64,000 nt of DNA from Felis catus (Eukaryota). The notes beneath the pieces were generated by a model, which saw only the letters and a list, made by a program, of their open reading frames with translations, had not been told where the DNA came from and made no database searches. The position numbers and the translations under genes were made by a program. Shown in pieces: positions 37,346-48,900 of the stretch. Where the stretch lies: contig NC_058368.1 of assembly GCF_018350175.1 (NCBI RefSeq), positions 79,548,001 to 79,612,000 on the forward strand, written 5' to 3'. Position 1 is the first letter of the stretch; the number at the start of each line of letters is the position of its first letter.

Positions 37346-40300
37346 GGTTGGGCAGCAACCTTCCCCCCCACCCACCCCCAGCATGGGGAAGGCACCCAGG
37401 AGAAGGAAGAAGGTTGAAGTGGTCAAGACAGGGCCATCTATCAACATCTGTGGGTTACACCTGGAGACTCATGGAGTCCCCGGGAAGATTATCTGTGAAC
37501 GTGCATCCTTTAGAAATGCAACGCTGTCTGCTGAAAACCATGCTGTCCTGTTACTGGCCCTACTGAAAACGAGGAAGGAAGCCATCAAATCATTTAGGAA
37601 GCCACCACCCTTTGGGGAGTAATTTCCCTCACCTACGGCTCTTTTACTCGGTGTTTCATACGGAACGCAAAAGTACTAAGCACGTATGATTATTACTACA
37701 TCCTGTGGCACGACTCTTTCAACATTAACAGAGGTGAAGTTATAATACACTGGACCTGAAATCCAAGAGGGGTCCAAATAACCCTTTTCTCTTTCTCGGG
37801 TCGCTTACGAACATGAATGTAAGTGTTATGTTTCTGCACCAAGAAACAGTACAGATACTTGAGCCAGGCGATAGGACGTGCAGTAAAATTGCAAATATCC
37901 TACAAGCAGTGCGATTCGTTCCTCGGATTTCATGCATTATTACGCTTAGGAGTTTACACTGATGTAAAAAATACGTATTTTACGTATCCTATAACAATGT
38001 TATATTGTTTGTATCTGATGTTCTCAAACCTAAATATTGTGTTTTTCCTGCAGAATTAAGGAATGTAGAAGAATTTATTCAAAATATATCCACCTCCCAA
38101 AACCCTAGTGTTACAGACCACTTCGAATGCACCTTTCTTTCTTTTAAATATCTAAATATTTAAGACTTGCTACTGGAGTTATTTTAGTTTTATGACTTCG
38201 TTCCTTTGTTTTTATTATTGAAATCGAAATAGGCATTTTCTGGAAGTCTGAAATTAAGCCAAATACAGCTCAAATCCCACTATAATATCACTGAATAGGA
38301 AACAGACCCGTGAGTATAGTTAAAACGGTACGCCTTCAGAATTCTAAAATATACTCTGTTTTTCACATTTAACATACAATAATTTGGAAATGTGTTAAAA
38401 ATAGAGCGTAATAATCAATAAAGTGCTTGTCTTTCATCACAAGAAAAAAATGTTTAAAGAGAACAGGGGGAAATTCTGGAACCCACCATGTCCCCCCCTC
38501 CCCCACCCCACCCCTGCCCAGCCACCTCCTTTTCAGGTAGAGTGTCCACTGTGCATAAGCGCTTGGTGGCCTGACCAGTCCCTGCTCCTGAACTACAGGC
38601 CACCCCCTCCCCGTCTAGAACGTCCACATCGTACAGGATGTCCACGTTGTCCACTGGGGGGTCAGAATCGATCTCACTGAACAGCCCTTGTGAGAAGGGA
38701 CAGCCAGCAAAGCCAAGGCTGGGTGTCGCACCCTGCCCACCCCAGCAACTTCCCGCCACGGTCACTCATCTCGAAGGCATCCCAGGAGCTCAGGAATGAC
38801 TCAGGTGAAGCTGTCCCTGTGCCTTAAGCCAAACACCGTTTCAAGGGCTCACTGCGATGTGGGTGCAGACAGTCACTGGCCCGCCCCGCAGGAGTAGGGG
38901 TCCTGGGGCCCAGGAGCCAACATTTACCTATCTGTTCCTTCCAGAAATGGGCATGTCATTCGCCTCGCCTGGCGTTGCTCCCTGGGCCACCGTGAAACCA
39001 CCCAAGGAGGCTCTATGTACGGGAGTTATAAACCAGGAAGTGGAAAACCTTCTAGAGACACATGGGACTTTTCTCATGCACAGGGACACCTGCTTCCTGC
39101 ACCACTCGCCCCCAGGCAGCTGGGTCCCCCTCCCCCCCCCCCCCCACTTTCTTCCAGCTCCTTTAAATGATGTATACACATAGCCACATGTTTCGTTTTG
39201 AACTACAAAGACTTCGTCTTAATGAGCCCGGGCGGCCCTTCGCTGCCGGAGGAAGCCTGACTCCTCCCGCCCCCTCCCCGGGCTAACGTGCGTGGCCATG
39301 GCTGTGGCATCGCCCAGCGCGCCTGCCATCACGGCCCTTTCTTCATTCAAAACTATACCCGCGAATGACGTCACGAGCAAGTGCGACTTGAAGCAGCAAA
39401 TAAACAACCGATGAAGGCACAAACACAACGCAAACAGCTCCCGGAATGAAATGAATCAGCTCGTTTTAATTGGACAGAAGCGGAACAGAAGCAGAATTGT
39501 TTTTCCGGGGGTAACTCCGGGCCATTTAAAGCTAATAGCTCCCAAACGCGGCACAGCACGCCTGGCCTGGCTGCTTTCTTCACGTCCTGCCGGCGGGACG
39601 GGACGCCCGGGCAGGGGCCGCGTGCGCCCGGTGCAGACAGCTGCCCCGTCACGAGGGCACAAATGCCCCTCCGCGCCGAATGCGCCCGCAAGCACGATGC
39701 CACCAGCCAGCTGGGCTGGGTTCCGTTCTCGTGGCCTCACGCACGCAAGTGCACCTGCCTACGGAGCAACGTGCAAACTCCCTTGCCCCCGAGTTAAGAT
39801 CCACATCCAAGTGAAACGCTGTTGGTTAACCTTCCAGTAATGACAAACGCAAAGTGCTGAGCTACAAACCGTCTTTATAAAGTTCAGCTGCTGGAAAAGA
39901 AAACCGAGTAAGACAGCAGGGCGCTGCTCCCGCCTCAACCGCCCCCCCAGCCCCCACTTCACAACCAGACAGCACCCGGGGCAGGACAAACACCTACAGG
40001 CGCTTTTCCAGCCAGAACGACAAGGGGTCTCCCGGTCACTCACGACTGGAGTCTCAGCAGAGTAAGGCTGCCGACTCCCCTCTGCGGCCTTGGCAGAACT
40101 TAGCGGCAGCACCTGGCAGACATTTCAAAGGCTCAAGTGCTGGGGGGGACCTCACGCACCAGCGGCTCTGGACCCCAGGATGCCTGGGTCAGGCTCCCAG
40201 CCTGGGATTTCCCAAGGCCTCCTGGGAGATTGGACAGAGCAGGCGGGTTGGACACCTTGGCCCCCCCACCCCTCCTGGAGGCCCAGGGAGACACCACTGA

Positions 40301-40547
40301 GACACATGTGATCACACACGTGCGTCACCCTTCCCTGTCTCCCGAGAGAAGAAAGCACGAAGGGGCAAAATATCCAACCACAGAAAGACAAGCTTCCCTA
40401 GCTGCTGACGCCCGGGAGGGGGAAACAGTCAAATCAGTATGAAGACATCACTCGTGGCACTCAAAGAAGGCTGCACTGTCAGCCTGACCGGCCCGTCACA
40501 TTTCCCGGGCAGAATCTTCTAGGGTTTTTAAGAATGGCTTTAAATGA

Positions 40548-40762
40548 GGGGCACCCTGGGGGCTCAGTCTGTGAAGCGTCCGGCTTCAGCTCAGGTCACG
40601 ATCTTACAGGTTTGTGGGTTCAAGCCCTGTGTCAGGCTCTGTGCTGACAGCTGGGAGCCTGGAGCCTGCTTCCGACTCTGTGTGTGTCTGTCTCTCTCGC
40701 CCCTCCCCTGCTCATGCTCTGGCTCTCAAAAAAAAATAGACTTTAAAAACAAACTTTTAAAA
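40548..40762 (+). mobile_element. Can-SINE
   Basis: Canonical body; TSD aagaatgg(c/a)ttta. Confidence 0.92.
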
Positions 40763-42015
40763 AAGAATGGATTTAGAAGAGACGGGCCTCCCTGACCACC
40801 TCTCTGGAACCACCGGGACAGAAGGCGACAGCAGACGTAATAAGCTGCACACACAGCATCACCCCCTCCCCCCCACCCCTGCACAGCACAGGCTCCCTGC
40901 TCTCCCTTCCAGAGTGTGGCCGCCAGCAGGGTGTCCCATCCAGGGAATCCTTTCCACCAGGTAACAGCTACCGGTTGTGTCACTTTGTGCCACTCAGCAC
41001 ATAGGAACTCATCGAGAGTAATTCTTAGTTTCTCCATTTTCCTCAAACAACAACAGGCCGTTTTGTAATTTCTACTTGATGTACTGGGGCGACACGAGGG
41101 GGGCTTCCAAGCGACCTACGCAAAGGGGAACAGGAAGAAGGTGAGTCCATTCGCCCCGCTGTGCACGGGGAGCGCAGGACCGCAGGTGAGTCGGGGTGTG
41201 GGAGCCTTCGGGGCCGCATGGACAAGGGCGGACCCCACGAAGGCCCAGATGCGAGCCCGGACCCTCCCCACCCCAGACCCGCTGCCCCCACTCCTGCTGG
41301 CTGCCACCAGGCCTCACCCATCAAGCTTCTAGAGTGACCTTAGGAAACAGAGACATCAAGGAGGCCAACGGGCACACGCGTATTTTCTAGAACACGCGCT
41401 TGGAGAATCTAAATGTTCCATCTCTGGTCTGGAAGAGGCAGGAGGGACCCCTGAGCAGCAGGAGCGACAACAGCCAGGACAGGTAAGCAGGTAATTAGGT
41501 GAGGTCACCGGTCCTGGTAAAATGGACCAGTTTATGTATGCTGACTTTTTTTCCCCCCACATTATTTCAGAAAAACTAAGTAAAACTAACCCTGAATCCT
41601 GAGGACAGACCCAAACACCGTGCCAAGTTCTTAAGACCACATCAGCTACAAAGAACTGCCCGCAAGGCCATCTGCCAGACGGCCATGCTTCTCACACACA
41701 CAGCGAAGGAGGCAGGGTCCCTGGACGCGGGCGGCACGCCAGCTTTTCTCACGTTCTGGAAGCCTTGGCTGCTGGCTCACTCCATTAGCGCCTTCCTGTC
41801 AAGGGACCGGGGCTCGGGGCTCCTGTCAAGTGGCCGCGTGCACACTGACCCAGGTCCAGACGCACCCACGGCTCATCCAGGCTGAGGGCCTTTATCCCCC
41901 CAAAGAAGGTGCGGCCTCACCAGGAAGACACAGAACCAGGCAGGAGCAAACCTACCAGGCCAACAGCTCCTCCCAGGCCCAGAGAGTCTCTCCAGCCTCA
42001 GGCTGGTTTGCTTCT

Positions 42016-42461
42016 TAAGTTTGTTTATTTATTTTTGAGAGAGGGAGAGGGAGAGAGAGAGACAGGGGGGCAGCACGAGCAGGAGAGGGGCAGACAGAGA
42101 GGGAGAGAGAGAATCCCGAGCAGTCTCCATGCCGTCAGCGGGGCTCAAATCCAAGAAACTGTGAGAGCGTGACCCGAGCCAAAACCAAGACTTGGACGCT
42201 TAGGGGCGCCTGGGTGGCTCAGTCGGTTGAGCGTCTGACTTCGGCTCAGGTCATGATCTCACGGTTCATGAGTTCGAGCCCCGCGTCGGGCTCTGTGCGG
42301 ACAGCTCGGAGCCTACAGCCTGCTTCGGATTCTGTGTCTCCCTCTCTCTCTGCCCCTTCCCCCGCTCATGTTCTGTCTCTCAAAAATGAATAAACGTTAA
42401 AAAAAATTAAAAAAAAAAAAAAAGACTTGGACGCTTAACCGCTGAGCCACCCAGGAGCCCC
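42016..42461 (-). mobile_element. Can-SINE (sense to IRS2) interrupted by a younger opposite-strand SINE
   Basis: Tail and body at 42016-42202; head resumes at 42438-42461 (ACCGCTGAGCCACCCAGGAGCCCC). Confidence 0.88.
42203..42421 (+). mobile_element. Can-SINE (SINEC_Fc-like), nested
   Basis: Perfect 16-bp TSD AAGACTTGGACGCTTA at 42187-42202 and 42422-42437. Confidence 0.96.
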
Positions 42462-42829
42462 CTCGGGTGTTTTTTCCTTTAAAACATAAGGGGTTTCCTT
42501 TAACCCCCCCCACCCCCAAAAGGAGATGTTGAGGACTCGATAACATTTAGAAACGTTTTAGAGATTACAAAGTGCCTTACAAATGTCTGTGTAATCAAGT
42601 ATGCAATTCCGCCAATAGGCGGGTGCTTTTATCTTGTTCATCATCTGCCAGTGCCCCTCCCCCCATCACATCTCAGTGCCTCAACCCACCTGCAGGGCTG
42701 CTCAGTCTACATGCTACTTTTGAGAAAGAAACTCAGGAGTGGCAGGCAGAAAAAGACACAATGGCAGAATTAGATGACTCCAGTCGAAAAGCTTTTAAAT
42801 GCTCTATATATCGTTTCAAAGACTGTTCC

Positions 42830-43165
42830 ACTTCATGCCTGTTAAATATGACATGAAGTCTTTACAATGGCTGACTAGACTCTACAGGTCACTGTCGCTG
42901 GTCATGTCCCCCTCTTCACCTACTACTCTCCCTATGTCCCTTGTCATCAGTCACACTGATCCACTTCTTATTCTGGACCATACTAGCAAAACTTCTGTCC
43001 CAGGGCCTTTGCACGGCTATTCATTCCCTTTGCCAAATGGATTCTCCCCCTAAATATCTACAAGACCTGCTTCCTCATCACCTTCAAGTCAGCACCTTTT
43101 CCCTCTCTCCCTTCCCAGCTATATTTTCTGGAGCATTTATCACCACCTACAACACCTGCTGATCT
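42830..43165 (+). mobile_element. L2 fragment
   Basis: CAGTCACACTGA..TTCT, CCAGGGCCTTTGCAC, AGCATTTATCACCACCT motifs. Confidence 0.6.
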
Positions 43166-43899
43166 GAACACATTTAAAAATTAAATGTATTTCCTAGGTT
43201 TCAAATATAAACCTGAAGTTACATTTGTATTTGAACTGAGTACCTTTTGTGTTTCTTTTTATCTTGGAAACCAAACCTCTCTCTTTCTGGCCTACACTCT
43301 AATATTTTTCAAAGGAGCGAAACATTTGATAAGTATTTAACAACTGACAACTGGCATCTTTGTGATGAAAACATATTTAACAGTCTGATTAAATCTGAAA
43401 GTTGAAGGGAGACCTAACCTTTCTGCCTCGGTCTCTCCTGCCCACAGCCCATCTTTCCACTCTCCCAAGCAGCCATTAAGCGAAGTTCCTATTGGTGTGT
43501 GTTTGTTTTTTCCGGAAAGAACAGTTAAAAGGCGGGAAGATGTAAGAAGGACAGAAAACTTCCCAGGAAGCCGCTGGCAACCAGGGGAGGGGGCATCCCT
43601 GGCTAGGTCATGGGTATTTATAAAAGGACGGGATCTATGCTTTCAAAAGGGCTTCAGATCGTCCTGCACACCATTAAAGGTGTGTCGTAAGAAAATACAG
43701 CCCTAGTTGGAAATTGTTAGGACAGGGACTAAAGTCTACATGTTCACTTTTTACGGAGGGGCCACCGGCAGACAAGCAGCAGCAGTCAACATCTCAAATG
43801 TGAGCTTCCTACAGGCAGCTAAGAAAGCTCCGGGGTTGTTGAAGAAAGAATGAGTACACGGCAAGAACTCGCTTCAGACAATCAAAGAGAGAGCATCTT

Positions 43900-44080
43900 G
43901 GGGCACCTGGGAGGCTCAGTCGCTTAAGTGTCCAACTTGATTTCAGCTCAGGGCATGATCTCACGGTTCAGGCGGGCTCTGCGCTGGCAGCATGGAGCCT
44001 GCTTGGGATTCTCACTCTCCCTCTCTCTCTGCCCCTCCCCCACTCTCTCTCCTTCTCAAAATAAATAAACATTTTAAAAT
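43900..44080 (+). mobile_element. Can-SINE with internal deletion around the B-box
   Basis: Head and tail canonical; ACGGTTCAGGCGGGCTCT lacks GAGTTCGAGCCCC; TSD aagaga...catctt. Confidence 0.9.
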
Positions 44081-45433
44081 AAGAGACAACATCTTTGTTA
44101 AGCAGGAGTGGATGGTGAGCCAAGAAGAATCAGATGGCACAGGAAAGGGAGGTCATAACCTCGTGTTGGGAAGTTTCTGGAAGACTACCCCTGAACGCAA
44201 AGACTGGGCACAAAGAGAAATCCCAGGACGGTTACAGGGCAGGCTAGAGAGCCGCACCCAGGAGCTGGGTGGGTTTTGCATCCAGCAAAACCAAACCTAT
44301 AGTTTCTGAGAAGTAAACTGATCCAGAAATGGTGCCTGATGGGACGTACCCCAAGAGTGTGGGGGGGAAGGGACTCAACGCTGGAACGGCTCCTTCAGAA
44401 TCTTCCAGCAAGGCCACCCCACTGTGAAGGGTGGGCACAACACCCCCCCGCCCCCGCCCAGAGACAGCCTTTGTGAGGGGTTCAGATGGCCCCTGTGGCT
44501 GCTGGGGGGTTGGTACACACAGAACCTCTGTCAGACTGGCTGAACCGTCTTCAACCTTAGGAAATGGCTTAAGACCCGAAAAATTCTGAACATTCCAGCA
44601 ACACAAGACAGACTCCAGAGTCATGGAGATTGGGTGCGTATCACCCAGAGTTATTCTAGGAACTTAATTAAATCCTTCAAGCTGGAGAAACTCGGGTATT
44701 TTACTGCTGTGGTTATTTCATTTGGAACAAAGACTGCTAATAAACCAGCCGTACTGATAAGCGAAGCTACAAATAATGATAAGAAGTAAAATGGAATTAA
44801 GGTGAGTCAGTTCTACCGTATCTTTAAAATTTTGATACGACCCTCCATACCAAAACGTCATTGCATTTGGAACCTGCATAAACTTTCAACGACAATGCTC
44901 ATTTGGAAAGAAATGTCGAAGCAGGTAAAACTCTGAAGAATGTTTTCAGATTCATTAATGTTTGTAACTTTGTCAGGCTTTCATATCTAGTATTTCCACA
45001 ACACGCGTTATTCAAGTTTTAACTTTTTTACTGACCCAGCTGAAGTTAGTTTTCTGATGCTGAGTGTAAACTAACATTCCCCTATAATCCTACAGGGGGA
45101 AGAAATATTGAATTCTCACTTTTGCAAGTAATAGCAAAATCATACCTAAAGGTTTGCAACTGAACTGTACGTGCATTAGAAGTTGACTGAGCAAACTAAT
45201 GAAACGGGCTTCGGAAAAGTGTTGATCAAACTTACTTCATAAATCTAACTGGCAGAGAGTATGAGTAGCTAACGGATTTGTTTTCTGTTTCATTTGCATC
45301 GCAAAGTGCTATTTTAGGTCACTTTTATGCCAGAAAACAACTTATGAAAACCCTACTGTCGTATAAAAACAAAACAGAAGCACGCATTGCCACAAATCAC
45401 CTGAGTAATTTATCTTTTAAAAAATGCATCCAT

Positions 45434-45900
45434 GGGCACCTGGGAGGCTCTGTTGGTTAAGCGTCCGACTTTGGCTCAGGTCATGATCTCAGGGTTCATG
45501 AGTTCGAGCCCCGCGTTGGCCTCTGTGCTGACAGCTCAGAGCTTGGAGCCTGCTTCGGATTCTGTGTCTCCCTCTCTCTCTCTGCCCTTCCCCCACTCGT
45601 GCTCGCGCGCGCTCTCTCTCTCTCTCTCTCAAAAATAATTAAACATTAAAAAAATACTCGTGAGGGGTGTCTGGGAGGCTCAGTCGGTTGAGCGTCTGAC
45701 TTCGGCTCAGGTCATGATCTCATGGTTCGTGAGTTCGAGCCCCACGTCAGGCTCTGTGCTGGCAGCTCAGAGCTGGGAGCCAGTGTCTCCCTCTCTCTCT
45801 TTCTCTCTGCCCCTCCCCTGCTCACACTCTGTCTCTCTCTCTCTCTCTCTCTCTCCCTCTCAAGTATAAATAAACATTTAAAAAATTTTTTTAATTAAAA
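45434..45900 (+). mobile_element. Head-to-tail Can-SINE dimer B (monomers 45434-45654 and 45664-45885)
   Basis: Two monomers joined by TACTCGTGA; a single TSD aaaaaa(t/a)gcatcca at 45419-45432 and 45901-45914. Confidence 0.92.
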
Positions 45901-48900
45901 AAAAAAAGCATCCAGGCTGTAGTGTAAGAAACTGACCACCGGACTCTCCCTTTCTAGCAATTTCTGTCCTCTCAGGAGCACAGGAACTCCAGAACGCTGT
46001 CGGTTTCCCCAAGCCCCGGTTCCTCCACGCATTTTCTTCGCACAAAATCAAAGTGCCGTGCGCCCGCTAATCCCTGCCTTGTTTAATCCCGTTTATTGCT
46101 CAGAGTTTCTAAAGCATGATTTGCAGAGTTTTCAGACTGAGTAAGAACATCCTGGCCTATTTCCAAAACCTCTCCCCCACGTCACAATCTCCCCCCACTC
46201 GTGCGCCCACCCTTCACCCTTCACCCGCGGCGCGTGGGCGTGGCCTCCACGGCAGGCCTGGGCCACTGACAGTCGTCCCCGCTTTGGGTGGCTTCCCTCC
46301 ACCCGCACCGGGCAGGCTGCGCTGAGGAAGGGATCCAAACCCGGCCCTCGGGGAAAGACCGCTGGCTTCCTTCACCAGGACTCCCTACAAGCAACATCGG
46401 AACATCAGGATCTTGCTTCCCAAAAGCGCTCCGCAGGGCCAGAAGCCGGACACCGGGTGCTCTGATCCCCGCTCCCCCCTGAACCCGGCATGGAAGGAAG
46501 CAGCGTCTCCCGGTCTGGCCGACCCCGGGGCAGCAGGTGGCCCCGGATCCCGCGAGGCCGGGTGGAGTACGGATGCACACGCCACTCACAGTGGCAGGCG
46601 CGTGGCCCCGGGGGCTGCCATCTGCTAGGAAGGAAGTCGTCTCTCCGAGGATGCCGGAGAGACTGACGGCTCACGTCAACAAAACCCTGAGTCACCCGCT
46701 AGAGCACAAGCCCGCGGATCCCGATGACATTTTTTTTAAAAAACACGCACAGCTTACGAATTTTTGTCTGTCTACACCTTCCCTTCACGCCTTTGAAAGC
46801 GGGGTTACAGTCGCCTCGTGAGGAAGGCAGAAGAACCCTTTCTCCTCGTATAAAAATCCAGTTACATGGGTTTTTTTTTTTTTTTTTAGAAAAACAAGAT
46901 GGGCACTGGTCAAAGTATCCAGTGCCCGGAAGATTACCGACCACTCACAACACCCGATGGGCTAACGTGTCCATCCTCAGGCAAATTCTACACCGGTTAG
47001 TTTTCAACCACACTCATCAAGTAGGTTCATGGCCCGTTTCTCAGAAAACCACTAATGGACTCGTTCACGATGAGGAGTACATGATATTTCACTTCTAGAA
47101 TAAATATATCACAAAGACATCTCAAGCGGTGACGGGATCCGCGGGGCCAGGCGGGACCAAACACAAAGAGCAACTTACATTTTCCCAGATAATAGAGGCT
47201 TTTCCATTTGAATCACCCCAAGAATTTTCTTCTTCTCTTTTCTTTCTTTCTTTCTTTTTTTTTTTAACAAGCAAGCACATGATCTTGAATGTTTGCCAAA
47301 CCTTCGCTCCTTCTACCTCACCAGTAAACACTGCCCACATGGCCGTGAGCCGCGGTGTTTCCCTAATTTCCACCACACTTCCTTATTTAGGTGCCTCGGC
47401 CTGTCTCTCTGTCTGCCTGTGGACCCGTTAGGCTGTGTATGAAGCAGTTTACTAAGACGTCCTGAAGTAAAAAAGACAGAATACCACTTCCATAGAGGCT
47501 GGGTTGTTCTGGAGGGAATGGGATGTATCTTGGGAGAAAGTTATTCATCAGCACACAAAGGACCACAGACACAGAGCATACTCTGTTCTTTCTTGATAAT
47601 ATTTACACACATTTCTACCAACCAATTAAATGGTGACCTTGGAGAAGACGTCTGACCTCCCTCGGCCTCTGTGCTCACAACCTTAAGGGAGTTACAGGAT
47701 ACTCATGGTTCCCAGCCCTTCTCCCTCACTCAAAGCGTCCTTGTATTTTCTTCTGATTGTGTCCACACCGCATGGAAAGACTTTTAACATATTTGGTTGG
47801 AGGGCAGGGCGGGGCGGGATCTTATCAAGCATAATCCACAGTTGGCTTTGCTGAAATGAAATCAGCTAGAGGAACAGGAGTCTTGTGGGTGCAGACGATG
47901 AGGAAGGGAGACTGGAAACCCCCAGAACAGAAGAGCGGCCAACGACCGGCAACAACTCGAGAATCCAGACACAATGACAGCCGTCAAAGTCCTGTCCAAT
48001 TCTAAGCGCTTCTCACCGCCAGGTGTTAAAACTGGTGGAAAACAATTAGGGGGCTTTCCTTCCATGCCCTTCCTGCCTGACTGCCAGCATTGTACTCCAG
48101 ATGGATAAATGCCCCGAGGAAAGAAGAGAGAAATTAAGTAACTATCACCCAAGTGAAATCAAAAACAAAATGTTACTTTGAAAGTTGCGCTGAGGCTGGT
48201 CTACATAAAACCCGAATGTAACGATTGCCGGGAGCTTCCAAAGCACAGCCGGGGGTGTAGGACTTGGAGACAACCTGACCTCATGTAAACAGCACTGGCT
48301 GGGGATCAGGTGCTCCCAGGCAGAACGCAAGACAATGCTGGTCCATCAGAACCCTTCCGCGGTTCACCTTGTGGCTCAGGGAACCTTTGGGTGAGTCCCC
48401 CGGCCTCTCGAAGCTGCACATTCCGCATTCCCAAGAAGTGGCCCAGCCCACGTCACCGGGTTATGAAATACCATGTGGTAACATAGGTAAGAAAATGTCT
48501 CCACGCTATGAAGCGAAGAAAAACACTTTCTGGATTTTACACAATTCTTTTGACCTAAAAGGGGATGGGGCACGCATTAATCTTTCGGTATTGATCACGA
48601 CAACGGATACATTTTCAATTCAGCATCTCCAACCCCAGCTGCCTTCTTTCAAATTCATGCATTGTCCATCAGTTTTGGTATTGTTACACGCAATTTGGAG
48701 CCAAAAGATGATCTGATTTAAGTAACTCCTTTTAAATCTGCATAGAGGGAGCTCGGTATCACATTCATAAGTATTAAAGATTATGCGTTAATACCATGTA
48801 AAAGCATAAATCATCCTCAGCTAAACATGGAACCTAAGGTAACAATTAAAATCACATAATATAACGGAATCTGCCATAATCCCCATTTTTAGCCATTGAA

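Noticed and set aside
40916..40938. CTCF-like motif GGCCGCCAGCAGGGTGTC
   Set aside because: Only a partial match by eye in GC-rich DNA; cannot be supported without a PWM scan or ChIP data.
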